Positions 52,705 through 63,077 are shown, numbered from the stretch's first letter. The stretch is 64,000 bases of DNA from an uncultured delta proteobacterium (GCA_963760795.1 CAVXEP010000007.1:32001-96000); one strand, 5' to 3'. Notes: generated from the sequence alone by a model not told the origin. A program made the numbers and translations.

Positions 52705-53814
52705 CTAAATCAGCTTCTTCAGCGCCCCGGCGAGAATCTCTACATTCTCCACCCGCGAGCCATGGCCCATCAAACCGACGCGCCAGATTTTCCCTTTGAG
52801 CGGCCCCAAGCCGGCGCCGATTTCGATGTTGAATTCGTCGTATAAGCGCGCGCGCACCTTGGCGTCATCGGCGCCTTCGGGGATCTTGATGGCGTTAATC
52901 ATCGGCGCGCGGATCGATTCGGCCACCGCCGGTTCGATTTCCAGCTTGCGCATCTCACGGATAAACACATCGTGAGTCTGCTTGTGGCGCTGCCAGGATG
53001 CTTGCAGTCCTTCTTCGAGGACGACGCGCAGCGCTTCGTGCAGCGCATAGTTCATCGAGATCGGCGCAGTGTGATGATAGACGCGCTCGCTGCCCCAGTA
53101 TTTTTCGATCATCGACAGATCGAGATACCAGCTCTGCACCTTGGTTTTGCGCTGGCGGATCACTTCGACGGCACGATCGTTGAAGGTCACCGGCGACAGC
53201 CCTGGCGGGCAGCCCAAGCATTTTTGCGTGCCGCTGTAGCAGGCGTCGATGCCGAGCTCGTCGACCCGCACCGGCGCGCCGCCTAACGAAGTCACGGCAT
53301 CGACCACCAACAGCGCGCCGCTGTCGCGCACCAGCTTGGCGATATCGTCCATCGGCTGGAGCACGCCGGTAGAAGTCTCGGCATGCACCACGGCGACCAG
53401 TTTGTATTTGTTTTTCGCCAAAGCTTCTTTGATTTTCTGGGCGTCGAGCGCGCTGCCCCACTCGGCATCCACCGTGTCGACATGCGCGCCGCAGCGCTGC
53501 GCGACATCGATCATGCGCGTGCCGAACACACCATTGACGCCGATCAACACGCGGTCGTCCGGTTCGATCAAATTGACAAAACAAGTCTCCATACCGGCGC
53601 TGCCCGTGCCCGACATCGGCAGGGCCAAACGGTTCTTGGTCTGAAACAGCTCGCGCAGCATCGCCATGCTCTGATCCATGATTTCCAGAAACTTCGGATC
53701 GAGATGGCCGACCACCGGCAACGCCAGCGCCGCGAGCACCCGCGGGCTCACCGGACTTGGACCCGGGCCGAGTAACGTACGAATCGGTGGATTGGCTTTA
53801 GGCGCCGCTGGCAT
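52705..53814 (-). CDS. Alanine-glyoxylate/serine-pyruvate aminotransferase family (class V PLP)
   Basis: LLGPGPS, SGTGSAGME, VHAETSTG, DAVTSLGG, YSGTQKCL (PLP Lys), YHHTAP, WRVGLMG. Confidence 0.93.
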   Translation of the reverse strand: MPAAPKANPPIRTLLGPGPSPVSPRVLAALALPVVGHLDPKFLEIMDQSMAMLRELFQTKNRLALPMSGTGSAGMETCFVNLIEPDDRVLIGVNGVFGTRMIDVAQRCGAHVDTVDAEWGSALDAQKIKEALAKNKYKLVAVVHAETSTGVLQPMDDIAKLVRDSGALLVVDAVTSLGGAPVRVDELGIDACYSGTQKCLGCPPGLSPVTFNDRAVEVIRQRKTKVQSWYLDLSMIEKYWGSERVYHHTAPISMNYALHEALRVVLEEGLQASWQRHKQTHDVFIREMRKLEIEPAVAESIRAPMINAIKIPEGADDAKVRARLYDEFNIEIGAGLGPLKGKIWRVGLMGHGSRVENVEILAGALKKLI

Positions 53815-53878
53815 AATAACTCTCGTGATCTTCCGACCGCCGACTTCCGCTCGCGCGCAAGAGGCGGGGCCTAACAAA

Positions 53879-54766
53879 CTACGCTTCGTCTTTGACATTC
53901 AGATCCATGCTGCCGATCTTCTCGATGGTGCCATGCAATTTGTCGCCATCGTGCAATTTGCTGACGCCGGCAGGCGTGCCCGTGGTGATGCAATCGCCCG
54001 AGCGCAGCGTCACGCAGTTGCTGAGAAAGCGAATATGCTCGCGCAGGCCGCAGATCATGTCGCTGGTGTGCGCGATCATCGCTTCTTTGCCGTTCTGCAA
54101 AACTGTAATCGACAAATTCTGTGGTTCGTCGATTTCATCCCGCGTCACGATCCACGGGCCCAATCCGGTAAAGGTATCGAAGCCTTTGCGCATGTTGCGC
54201 GTGTTGTGCATGCCCTTGCCCCAGGGATCACGCTGGCTGATGTCCCAGCACATCATGTAACCGAACACATGGTTGAGCGAATCCGCTTCGCTGACCTTGC
54301 GCGCCGGCTTGCCGATGACCGCGCACAGCTCGCACTCGAAGTCGACCAGTTTGGACATCTTCGGCAAAATCACCGTGTCGCCGGGGCCGATGATCGATGA
54401 AGTGGTCTTGATGAAGAACTCCGCCATCAAGTCGTCTTTGTTGATAATCTGTTTGTTGGCGCTGCCCATGCGATCGACCATCTCGGCGCGGTGCGCGCCA
54501 TAGTTCGCCGCCGCAGCCCACAGCGTGCCGGGGTTTTGGATCGGCGCCAACAGTTTTACCGATTTCAAATCGAGCCCGCCCGAACCATTCGCCGCGTCGC
54601 GGGCGATCTGCATCGCCGCCGGTTTGTTGGCTAGGGCGTCGATGATTTCGAGCATGGTGTAGCCTTGGCGCGCCAGGCCGGCTTTGATCAATGCGTCGCC
54701 GAAGTTAATAACTTTGTCGCCGACAACGACGCCGGCCTGTTTATTGTCGTAATGACAGATTTTCAT
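53879..54766 (-). CDS. Fumarylacetoacetate hydrolase family protein
   Basis: AANYGAH, DFECELCAVIGK, DISQRD, RKGFDTFTGLGPWIVT, GDCITTGTPAGV. Confidence 0.92.
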   Translation of the reverse strand: MKICHYDNKQAGVVVGDKVINFGDALIKAGLARQGYTMLEIIDALANKPAAMQIARDAANGSGGLDLKSVKLLAPIQNPGTLWAAAANYGAHRAEMVDRMGSANKQIINKDDLMAEFFIKTTSSIIGPGDTVILPKMSKLVDFECELCAVIGKPARKVSEADSLNHVFGYMMCWDISQRDPWGKGMHNTRNMRKGFDTFTGLGPWIVTRDEIDEPQNLSITVLQNGKEAMIAHTSDMICGLREHIRFLSNCVTLRSGDCITTGTPAGVSKLHDGDKLHGTIEKIGSMDLNVKDEA

Positions 54767-55006
54767 AGCGAACCTCCGAATTGGTAAGAACGTAAGATTT
54801 CCTCTCATACCTGAAGCACCGGCCAATGTCCAATGAATCGGCAGCGAGAAAGTCAAAGCATGCGCATGCGAATTCAAACTGAGGTCGGCGATTTTTGATT
54901 GACAAGTTTATATGAGCAGAGTTAAGAAAGTTTCTTCGTGAATAGCGAAGTCGGCTGCGCATCTAAACGTAGTGACAATTCATGATACGCTAGGGAGGGC
55001 AAACTC

Positions 55007-55816
55007 ATGGACGTTGGCAAAACAATGCAATCGATTATCGATGTCGGTATCCAAGTTGGTTTCAAGATCGTCGGCGCGATCGTTTTTTATTTAATCGGCC
55101 GGTGGCTGATCAGTTTAGCGATCCGCTTGGTGACCTCGGCTCTGGAAAAACAAAAGGTCGATCCCACCTTGCTGCGTTACATTGGCACGGTGATCTCGGT
55201 CACACTCAATGTCATCTTGGTCGTCGCCATCTTAGGCTACTTCGGGGTCGAGACCACCAGTTTCGCCGCCATCCTCGCCGCCGCCGGCGTCGCCATCGGC
55301 ATGGCCTGGAGCGGCCTGTTGGCCAATTTCGCCGCCGGCGCATTCATGATCGTGCTCCGCCCTTTCAAGGTCGGCGACTTTGTCACCGCCGCCGGTGTCA
55401 CCGGAACGGTCAAGGAAATCGGCCTCTTCGTCACGGCGGTGGTCACACCGGATAACGTGCTGACGATGCTCGGCAATAATAAAATATTCTCCGACACGAT
55501 TCAGAACTTCTCGGCGAACCCGTTTCGCCGCGTCGACCTGAAAGCCCAGCTCGCCCACTCGGTGGACCACAACGAAGCGATCAAACTATTGAAGGAACGG
55601 GTCGGCAAGGTGGCGAATATCAAGACCGACCCGCCGCCGGATGTCGAACTGCTTGAGTTCAACTTCAATGGCCCCGTACTCGCCGTGCGCCCCTACTGTC
55701 ACACCGATAATTACTGGCAAGTTTATTTCGACACCAACAAAGTCATCCGCGAAACCTGCGGCGCCGCCGGTTATCCCGTGCCCGAACAACATTTCGTCGT
55801 GCGCAATCCAACGTAA
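55007..55816 (+). CDS. mscS: Small-conductance mechanosensitive channel
   Basis: Three TM segments, GVETTSFAAILAAAGVAIG, LANFAAG, RPFKVGDFV, GTVKEIGLF, RRVDL. Confidence 0.9.
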   Translation: MDVGKTMQSIIDVGIQVGFKIVGAIVFYLIGRWLISLAIRLVTSALEKQKVDPTLLRYIGTVISVTLNVILVVAILGYFGVETTSFAAILAAAGVAIGMAWSGLLANFAAGAFMIVLRPFKVGDFVTAAGVTGTVKEIGLFVTAVVTPDNVLTMLGNNKIFSDTIQNFSANPFRRVDLKAQLAHSVDHNEAIKLLKERVGKVANIKTDPPPDVELLEFNFNGPVLAVRPYCHTDNYWQVYFDTNKVIRETCGAAGYPVPEQHFVVRNPT

Positions 55817-55858
55817 CCCGCACGACTCGCCGTCTTTGCCGATAGCCGAAGTCAATCT

Positions 55859-55936
55859 CACCACGAAGGCACGAAGCGCACGAAGTTCGGAGCTGAACCT
55901 ATCCGAAACCTTCGTGTTCTTCGCGTCTTCGTGGTG
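55859..55936. repeat. Nonamer foldback element, family A
   Basis: caccacgaaggcacgaagcgcacgaag-ttcgga...tccgaaac-cttcgtgttcttcgcgtcttcgtggtg. Confidence 0.92.
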
Positions 55937-56049
55937 AACACCCTTTCCCATTTGGCTGCAACTGTGCGGCGGCGCCGACCGCGCAGTTTGACCTTCCAGC
56001 ACGCCTCGGCGTATGAAGGACACATCATTTTTGAGAAACGAGCCATTCC

Positions 56050-57081
56050 ATGTTGAACCTAAAAGTCGGCGTCACCAAAAATCCTCGCTTCGAGCCGCTC
56101 ATCGACGGCAGCGTCAAATCGGCCAAGGCGACTCTGGATATTCAGGTCACCACACCGCCGGAGCTATTTTTCAGGAATCTCAAGAACGACGAATTCGATG
56201 TTTTCGAAATGTCGCTCTCCGAATTTCTCATCACCCGCGAGCAGGCCAAGGGCGAGCGCTGGCAGTGGGCGGCACTACCGATCTTCCCCGCCAAAGCTTT
56301 TGTCTGGATGACGCTGTTCGTCAACACCGGGGCCGGCATCCAAGCGCTCTGCGATCTCAAAGGTAAACGAGTCGGCATCCCTGACTACGTGATGACCGCG
56401 GGTTTGTGGTTCAGAGTTATTCTAAAGGAACTTTGTAAAATCCAACCGAATGATATCTCCTGGTACATCGGCCGGGTCCAAGAGCTGAGTCATGGCGGCC
56501 TACTCGGCATGGACAGCAGGCCTCCCGCCGGCGTATCTACGACCTGGCTCACCAAGGAGCAGACCTTCGATGTCATGCTCGACAAGGGCGAGATCGACGC
56601 GGCCTACGGCTTCGCGCCACGCCATGACCCCAAGCTGATGACTTTGAATATGGACCGCTACGGCGGCACGCCGTTGGAAGGCAATCCGCGGCTGCGCAAG
56701 ATGTTCGCCGACGGCGGCTTATCCATCGTCGACCAGTTCTACAAGAAAACCGGCATCGTGCCGGCCAACCATGTCATTGTCGCCCAGCGCCGAGTCCTCG
56801 AACAAAATCCTGAACTGCCGCACGAAATTTTGCGCCTGTTTAGCGAAAGCAAACGCATCGCCTACGAGCGCGGCAACTTCGGCAACGCGGCATACCTCTA
56901 TTTCGAACACAGCGATCGCGCCAGCCAAGAACAAATGGTCGGCACCGATCCGTTCCCGTTCGGCATCGCGAAAAATAAGCCAATGCTGGAAACGCTCTTT
57001 CGCAGCTCCCACGAAGAAGGCCTAACCCAACGCCTGGCGAAAATCGAAGAAGTCTTTTTCCCCGGCCTGCTCGACACCTAA
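56050..57081 (+). CDS. 4,5-dihydroxyphthalate decarboxylase-like protein (periplasmic binding protein type 2 fold)
   Basis: PLIDGSV, ELFFR....EFDVFEMSLS, LPIFP, DLKGKRVGIPDYVMTA, GIVPANH, DPFPFGI..N. Confidence 0.75.
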   Translation: MLNLKVGVTKNPRFEPLIDGSVKSAKATLDIQVTTPPELFFRNLKNDEFDVFEMSLSEFLITREQAKGERWQWAALPIFPAKAFVWMTLFVNTGAGIQALCDLKGKRVGIPDYVMTAGLWFRVILKELCKIQPNDISWYIGRVQELSHGGLLGMDSRPPAGVSTTWLTKEQTFDVMLDKGEIDAAYGFAPRHDPKLMTLNMDRYGGTPLEGNPRLRKMFADGGLSIVDQFYKKTGIVPANHVIVAQRRVLEQNPELPHEILRLFSESKRIAYERGNFGNAAYLYFEHSDRASQEQMVGTDPFPFGIAKNKPMLETLFRSSHEEGLTQRLAKIEEVFFPGLLDT

Positions 57082-57092
57082 CGCTCGGGAAC

Positions 57093-57121
57093 TTGGAATC
57101 TGGAATTTGTAATTTGAAATT
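57093..57121. repeat. TGGAATY heptamer tandem arm
   Basis: ttggaatctggaatttgtaatttgaaatt, the same unit as the arm at 46232-46263. Confidence 0.7.
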
Positions 57122-57145
57122 GCCCACGAGCGAAGCGAGAAATTT

Positions 57146-58243
57146 ATGGCGAACCTATTCGGCACCGTCGACGCCGACGGCCACATGGAAGAAAACCATA
57201 TCGACTGGAAAGCGCGGCTGCCCGAGAAATACAAAAGCAAAGCGCCGGACCGGCGCGACAGCGGCAACGGCCAGTTGAGAACCATCATTGAAGATAAGGC
57301 CTGGCCGCGCCCCAGCGGACTTGGCATCGGCGTCGGCGGCCCGTACAACCGGCCCCACCCGCGCCGGCCCGGCATGACCGATCCGCATGCGCGCCTGGTC
57401 GACATGGATAGCGAGAAGATCGACGTCGCCGTGCTGTTCGGCGCCGGCTTGGCGGGAACCGTCCCAGCGTTAGAGGACGCCGGCCTCGCCGCTGCGCTCG
57501 CCACTGCGCGCAACACTTGGTTGGCCGAGTATTGTGCCGCCGACCCCAGGCGCATCAAAGGCACCGCCGCCCTGGCGCAGCAAGATATCGGCGCCAGCGT
57601 GAGCGAATTGCGCCGCTGCGTAAAAGAACTCGGCATGGTCGGCGCGTCAATTTTTCCTAACGTCAAAGGCCGCCATCTCGGCGATCCCTATTACTTTCCG
57701 CTATACGCCGAAGCGGAAAAATTAAACGTGCCGATCTGCGCGCATATGTTTCTCGGCCGCTACGGCTCCGATGCCACGGGAACAGAACGGGTCGACAAGT
57801 TTTTTTATTCGCACCTGTTCGGCCATCCGTTCGAACAGATGATCGCCTTATCGGTGATCCTCGGCGAAGGCGTCCTTGACCGCTTTCCCAAGTTGCGCTT
57901 CGTGTTTTTAGAATCCGGCTGCGGCTGGCTGCCCTACTGGTTTCACCGCATGGACGAGCATTACGAAGTGCTTGGCGTGCAGACGCCGGATTTGAAATCG
58001 GCGCCGAGCAAGTTGCTGGAACGCGGCCAGCTTTATTTTTCCTTCGAGGCCGATGAAAACGAGCTCGCCCATGTCATCGAAACTTTCGGCGACGAATGGC
58101 TGGTCTTCGCCTCCGACTACAGCCACTTCGACAGCCGCTGGCCCGGCGCCTCGGAACCGATCGTCAATCATCCAACCCTCAGCGCCGCCACCAAACGTAA
58201 GATCTTAAACGACAACGCGCGCAGGTTGTATCCGCTGGACTGA
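57146..58243 (+). CDS. Amidohydrolase family protein (Amidohydro_2)
   Basis: VDADGHMEE, DMDSEKIDVAVLF, DPYYFPLY, FPKLRFVFLESGCGWLP, FASDYSHFD. Confidence 0.9.
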   Translation: MANLFGTVDADGHMEENHIDWKARLPEKYKSKAPDRRDSGNGQLRTIIEDKAWPRPSGLGIGVGGPYNRPHPRRPGMTDPHARLVDMDSEKIDVAVLFGAGLAGTVPALEDAGLAAALATARNTWLAEYCAADPRRIKGTAALAQQDIGASVSELRRCVKELGMVGASIFPNVKGRHLGDPYYFPLYAEAEKLNVPICAHMFLGRYGSDATGTERVDKFFYSHLFGHPFEQMIALSVILGEGVLDRFPKLRFVFLESGCGWLPYWFHRMDEHYEVLGVQTPDLKSAPSKLLERGQLYFSFEADENELAHVIETFGDEWLVFASDYSHFDSRWPGASEPIVNHPTLSAATKRKILNDNARRLYPLD

Positions 58244-58255
58244 AGCGAGGGAATA

Positions 58256-59179
58256 ATGCTGCTCAGGCTTTTGCTTTTATCCGTCCTATGGGCCGGAACT
58301 CTTGCCCACGCCGAAAACATCAAGATCGGCCTGCCGTCGGTGACCATCACCGCCATGCCGTTCTTCGTCGCCAAGGAGCATGGTTTCTTCCAACAGGAAG
58401 GCCTCAACGCCGAGATGGTCGTCATGCCGGCATCGCTCAACATCAAAGTGCTGCTCGCCGGCGACATTCAATACGCCGCCACCATGGGTTCCGCAGTCGC
58501 CGCCGCCATCCGCGGCATCAACGTGCGCATCGTCATGCTGTTCGTCGACCGGCCGCTGCAGGATCTGGTCGGCGCGGCTAACATCAGCACGATCTCCGAG
58601 TTAAAAGGCAAAGTAGTTGCAATCTCTTCCCGCGGCGGCTTGCAGGACATCATCATGCGGCGCATCCTCAGCCAGTCGAAAATCGATCCCAGCCAGGTCA
58701 ACGTCATCACCATACCGGGACAAACCGCGATGATTTCGGCGCTCAAGACCGGCCGCATCGGCGCGGCCATGCTCAATCCGCCGTTTAATTTTCTCGCCTA
58801 TCGCGAAGGACTCACTAACTTGGGCTTCTCAGGCAACTTCGTGCGCCTGCCGAGCACCGGGGTGGCGACTTTGGGCGAGACATTAGAACGATCACCGGAT
58901 CAAGTCCGCCGCCTGACCCGCGCGCTGGCACGCGCCAGAGCGTTTGCCAAAGAGAACAAGGCGAAAATCTTCCCGACGCTCAAACGCGCAATGCGCATCG
59001 AAGACGAAGACCTGCTGTCGAAGATCTACGAGCAACATAAACAAGTCGAAACCGCCGACGGCCGAGTCGACGCCCAGCTCATCGCCGACACCATCCGCGA
59101 CGCCCGCCAGACGGAAAATATCACCAAAGAGATACCGGCCAACCAGGTTTTCGATTTTTCCTACCTGCCGGCGCGTTAG
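58256..59179 (+). CDS. ABC substrate-binding protein, NMT1/SsuA-like
   Basis: Signal peptide, VAKEHGFFQQEGL, ELKGKVVAIS, VFDFSYL. Confidence 0.9.
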   Translation: MLLRLLLLSVLWAGTLAHAENIKIGLPSVTITAMPFFVAKEHGFFQQEGLNAEMVVMPASLNIKVLLAGDIQYAATMGSAVAAAIRGINVRIVMLFVDRPLQDLVGAANISTISELKGKVVAISSRGGLQDIIMRRILSQSKIDPSQVNVITIPGQTAMISALKTGRIGAAMLNPPFNFLAYREGLTNLGFSGNFVRLPSTGVATLGETLERSPDQVRRLTRALARARAFAKENKAKIFPTLKRAMRIEDEDLLSKIYEQHKQVETADGRVDAQLIADTIRDARQTENITKEIPANQVFDFSYLPAR

Positions 59180-59198
59180 CGGATCGTCCAAACGCAAA

Positions 59199-59270
59199 GG
59201 GGCGCAGCATGCTGCGCCCCGACAAATCCGATGTCCTATTTTGCGAACTTTGCGTTCTCTGCGGCTAATC
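59199..59270 (-). repeat. Composite element (REP palindrome plus CGCAAA arm)
   Basis: ggggcgcagcatgctgcgcccc, atccga, ttttgcgaactttgcgttctctgcggctaa. Confidence 0.8.
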
Positions 59271-59278
59271 TCTCTTCT

Positions 59279-60220
59279 TTACAGTTTCGCCAGATCGCTG
59301 ATCTTGCCGCGCCGTCCCGCGTGGTGGAAATTCGGCCACTCTTCGACCTGGGCGTCGTGGTAATTCTCACGGTACCATTTGACGATCTCGCCGGCGGTGG
59401 CGAACCAGACTTTCTTGTGTTTTTTGGCGTAGCGGATGAACTCACGCAACAGTAAGGCGCGGAACGGCCGGCCGCCGACAAACGGATGATTGCCCCACAT
59501 CATAAACTTCGGATCGGTGGCGCCCTCTTCGTAGAGGCAATCGAAGCAATCCTTCCACATCTGCAATAAATCGCGCGGCGTGCGGCCGGCGCGCTGGTAG
59601 CTCGAATAGTCATTTAGATCTTGGAAGTAGGCCAGCACCGTCAGCTCCTTATTCTTGACCTTGAGCGTGTACGGGGTTTCCTCATGCTGCGGGTCCATCC
59701 AATAATTGTAGCCGCACTCCAGGATCACTTCCGGCGTCGAAGCGCTCGGCGCCACGCCGGTGGACAGATAGCCAACCGGCGCCTTGCCGACGACCTTTTT
59801 TACCGCGGCGACGGTGTTTTGCAGATCCTTCTTTTCCTTGGCCCGCTGCTTCATGTAACTGTAGTCATGGGTCCAGGTCTCGGTGCCGATCTCATGGCCA
59901 TATTCGGCGGCTTCTTTGAAGATCTCCGGATAATTCTGCACCGTGATGCCGGTGGGGAAAAAAGTCGTGCGGATCTTTTCCTGCTCGAAAATATTCAGCA
60001 TCCGGTAAATGCCGACGCGCTCGCCAAATTCGCGATCGGTGATGATCGCCAGGTTTCTTTTGGTGACGGCGTTGCGCGGGAAACTGCGCCGGTTCTCCTG
60101 CTGCAACGTGTCCGGCCCGCCCAAATCTTCCGGCCAGGTTTCAAAGGCAACGCACGGCGTGATCGCAATGCGCGCGCCGTTGGGCCATTTGATCGGCTTG
60201 CGCTTGGGTTTAACTTTCAT
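59279..60220 (-). CDS. Polysaccharide deacetylase family protein (PuuE/allantoinase-like)
   Basis: WPNGARIA, EFGERVGIYR, GHEIG, DLNDY, FDCLYEEG, HPFVGGRP, VWFATAGEI. Confidence 0.85.
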   Translation of the reverse strand: MKVKPKRKPIKWPNGARIAITPCVAFETWPEDLGGPDTLQQENRRSFPRNAVTKRNLAIITDREFGERVGIYRMLNIFEQEKIRTTFFPTGITVQNYPEIFKEAAEYGHEIGTETWTHDYSYMKQRAKEKKDLQNTVAAVKKVVGKAPVGYLSTGVAPSASTPEVILECGYNYWMDPQHEETPYTLKVKNKELTVLAYFQDLNDYSSYQRAGRTPRDLLQMWKDCFDCLYEEGATDPKFMMWGNHPFVGGRPFRALLLREFIRYAKKHKKVWFATAGEIVKWYRENYHDAQVEEWPNFHHAGRRGKISDLAKL

Positions 60221-60300
60221 ACTGCCTCCCTAGAACTTGAAAAAATTTTTCTACTCATGCCACAGTTCGGACCCATTGCCAACCGAGGCCGGATAAAGCA

Positions 60301-60440
60301 AGGGCGGGTTGCAAACCCGCCCCTACGATTCGGATATCTATTTTGCGTTTTTTGCGTTCTATGCGGCCGGTCGTCCGACTCCGAGTCTTTTTACTTTGTC
60401 ATCCATGTGCTCTTTGTGGTGCATCTCCTAAATCCGAATC
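60301..60440 (-). repeat. Composite element (GTAG REP plus CGCAAA/CACAAA arms)
   Basis: agggcgggttgcaaacccgcccctac, ttcgga, ttttgcgttttttgcgttctatgcggcc, tccga, ctttgt...gtgctctttgtggtg, atccga. Confidence 0.8.
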
Positions 60441-60445
60441 TTCTC

Positions 60446-61480
60446 CTACTTGAACTGCGGCATGACCTTGTCAGCGAACAAGCGGATGCTCTTGAGCGCC
60501 ATCTCCTGCGGCATGCCGCCGAAGTGAAACGTCCCGGAGATCGTCGTTAGATCGTTGGGCTCGGCCCATTTGCGAATCGTGTCCGCCACCCGTTGCGGAT
60601 CGCCGGCCAGGACAAACCCCTCGGCGATCTGCGTCTTGGCGTCGCGCTGGATCAGTAGGCCAACTTCTTTGCGGTCGGTATCCGCGGCCTGATGCACCAC
60701 GAGATAATTGTCCAGATACGGCGCCGCCTCTTCGATGGCTTTGTCCAGACTGCTCGACACGTAGATGTGAAACTTTCCCAGGATATCCATTTTGCCGGCG
60801 TCGTGCCCGGCTTTAGCTAAATTGTCGCGATAGATTTTTATAAACGCCGGCAACGCTCCCGGATCACGATAGAGATACGGCAGCGTCATCAAGTGAAAAC
60901 CGTTTTCTCCGGCCCAGCGAAAGGAATCCTCGGTGCGCGCGCAACCGACCCAAAAGCGCGGATGCGGCCGCTGCACCGGTTTGGGATACACCGGGACGTT
61001 TTCATAATTGAAAAACTCGCCCTTGAAATTCACCGGCATGTCCGACCACGCTTGCAGCATGACCTCGACGCCTTCATACATGCGCCCGGCCGCTTCCTTC
61101 TGATCGACGCGGTATTTCTTATACTCGTGCGCCTCGCTGCCCTTGCCGACACCGAAATCCAACCGTCCGTTGGAGATCACATCGACCATCGCATAGGACT
61201 CGGCCAGGTCGATGGGGTTATGCAGCGGCAATACGCCAATCGCCACACCGAGGCGAATTTGTTTGGTCGTGCGCGCGATCGCCGACATGAACGTCGGCGG
61301 ATGCGGCAGATCGCCGCCGTAGTGGGCGAAGTGATGCTCCGTGACCCAAATATGATCGTAACCAAGCCGGTCCATCTCCTCCATTTGGCCGAACATCTTC
61401 TGGTAAAAATCGGACACCGAGCCGTCGAGATCCGGCACATAGGTCGGCAGATAATGCGATCCAAACTTGGTCACGCCCAT
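60446..61480 (-). CDS. LLM class flavin-dependent oxidoreductase
   Basis: LGYDHIWVTEHHF, TKQIRLG, LHNPIDLAE, SNGRLDFGVGKG, PKPVQRPHP. Confidence 0.92.
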   Translation of the reverse strand: MGVTKFGSHYLPTYVPDLDGSVSDFYQKMFGQMEEMDRLGYDHIWVTEHHFAHYGGDLPHPPTFMSAIARTTKQIRLGVAIGVLPLHNPIDLAESYAMVDVISNGRLDFGVGKGSEAHEYKKYRVDQKEAAGRMYEGVEVMLQAWSDMPVNFKGEFFNYENVPVYPKPVQRPHPRFWVGCARTEDSFRWAGENGFHLMTLPYLYRDPGALPAFIKIYRDNLAKAGHDAGKMDILGKFHIYVSSSLDKAIEEAAPYLDNYLVVHQAADTDRKEVGLLIQRDAKTQIAEGFVLAGDPQRVADTIRKWAEPNDLTTISGTFHFGGMPQEMALKSIRLFADKVMPQFK

Positions 61481-61666
61481 GGTTTGATAAACCTCCAAGG
61501 AATTTCCCTCAACATATAAGTGGCTCGCGGACAAGAAGTCAACGGACCGAGCCTAACTCGAACACTCAACAATCGTAATGACGCCAGGTGGTTTGCGCGC
61601 CGATTTACATCACGATGCCATTCGCATAGGACAGATAGTCAGCGCTTGATTGAAGGAGGAAAGATC

Positions 61667-62641
61667 ATGATTCACACGCGCATTTGCGATCTGCTCGGCA
61701 TCGACCATCCCATCGTGCTCGGCGGCATGGGCAGCGCCACCACCGCAACCCTGGTCGCCGCGGTGTCCAACGCCGGCGGCTTCGGCACCCTCGGCACCTC
61801 GGCGTTCAACGCGGCAACGCTGGAGAACGAGATCGCCGCCATTCATGAGCGCACCGACAAACCCTTCGGCATCAATCACCTCTTGTTTCAAATCCAGGAA
61901 GACATGTTCGCGGTGACGCTGCGCGCCCGCCCGGCGGTCGCCGCCTTCGCCTGGGCGCGAAAAGATCAAAGCCTCCACGATTATTTTCAGCGCGCCCATG
62001 ACGCTGGTTGCAAAGTGATGCATATGGCCGGGGAAGTTACCGAAGCGCTGCGCGCTGCCGAAGCCGGCGTCGATGTCCTGGTCGCGCAAGGCACCGAAGC
62101 CGGCGGTCATGTTGGTTGGATGGCGTCGTTGCCGCTGTTGCCGATGATGGTCAAAGCGGTGGCGCCGCTGCCGGTGCTTTGTGCCGGCGGCATCGCCGAT
62201 GGCCGTGGTCTCGCCGCTGCCCTCGCTCTCGGCGCCGACGGCGTGCTGCTCGGCACCCGTTTCATGGCCACACCCGAAGCGCCGATCCATGCAAACTACA
62301 AACAAGCCATCGTCAAAAGCGACGGCCACGACACGGTACTCAGCGAAATCCCCGATCTCGCGAGCCAGCGCGTCTGGCCCGGCGCCATGTCGCGCGCCCA
62401 GCGCAATCGGTTCATCGAACGCTGGGCTGGCCGTGAGTGGGCGATCCGCCAGAACGCCGCGGAGGTCGGCAAACAAGTCGCCGCCGCCCGCGCCGCCGGC
62501 GATGTCGACAACGCACCGTTATCCTTCGGCCAAGACGCCGGCTTGATCGACTCGATCAAAAGCGTCAACGACGTAGTCCAGGATATCGTCGCCGAAGCAG
62601 AAGAAATTCTGCGCGTCCGGCTGCCCGGTCTGCTGCGCTAG
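61667..62641 (+). CDS. Nitronate monooxygenase (2-nitropropane dioxygenase)/FabK-like FMN oxidoreductase
   Basis: HPIVLGGM, AVSNAGGFG, QGTEAGGH, AGGIADGRG, LGTRF, GQDAGLI; SD aaggagga. Confidence 0.9.
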   Translation: MIHTRICDLLGIDHPIVLGGMGSATTATLVAAVSNAGGFGTLGTSAFNAATLENEIAAIHERTDKPFGINHLLFQIQEDMFAVTLRARPAVAAFAWARKDQSLHDYFQRAHDAGCKVMHMAGEVTEALRAAEAGVDVLVAQGTEAGGHVGWMASLPLLPMMVKAVAPLPVLCAGGIADGRGLAAALALGADGVLLGTRFMATPEAPIHANYKQAIVKSDGHDTVLSEIPDLASQRVWPGAMSRAQRNRFIERWAGREWAIRQNAAEVGKQVAAARAAGDVDNAPLSFGQDAGLIDSIKSVNDVVQDIVAEAEEILRVRLPGLLR

Positions 62642-62728
62642 CGAGGGGGTGACAAATTCGATTAGCGATTGCGAGTTCGCCAAGCAGGAACGCGATTGGT
62701 CGCACTCTCGGACCGAAGACAGGATCAA

Positions 62729-62787
62729 TTAACCGCAGAGCACGCAAAAAATTGGAATACAGAGGGCGGGGTTAAAACCCGCCCTCT
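62729..62787 (+). repeat. Composite element (CGCA arm plus REP palindrome) in plus orientation
   Basis: ttaaccgcagagcacgcaaaaa then agagggcggggttaaaacccgccctct. Confidence 0.75.
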
Positions 62788-63077
62788 GGGAGGTGGCGCA
62801 TCGAAAGATTTGCCCAAGCGGCGTAAACTTTCCACAACAGTAGAACGATCTTTCCCTCCCCGCTGCAACTTCACACCATCGAGCTCGTTGCGGCTCATTA
62901 CTCCAGGATCGATCCCACGACCTTCCGCGTCCGAATCCTTCCCAATCTTTCCAAAAAATCCATCCCAGCGGCGATAATTACAACTGCCTGCAATGAATCG
63001 CTTGAGGCAGTGAAAAACTCTCGTACCGAGCCGCCGCCAGCATGTTAAACTTGACATTGTTTCACGCTGGTAAATCT

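Noticed and set aside
62788-63057. RAYT transposase remnant next to the REP palindrome
   Set aside because: No HUH (H-x-H) or Y1 motif in the translated ORFs there
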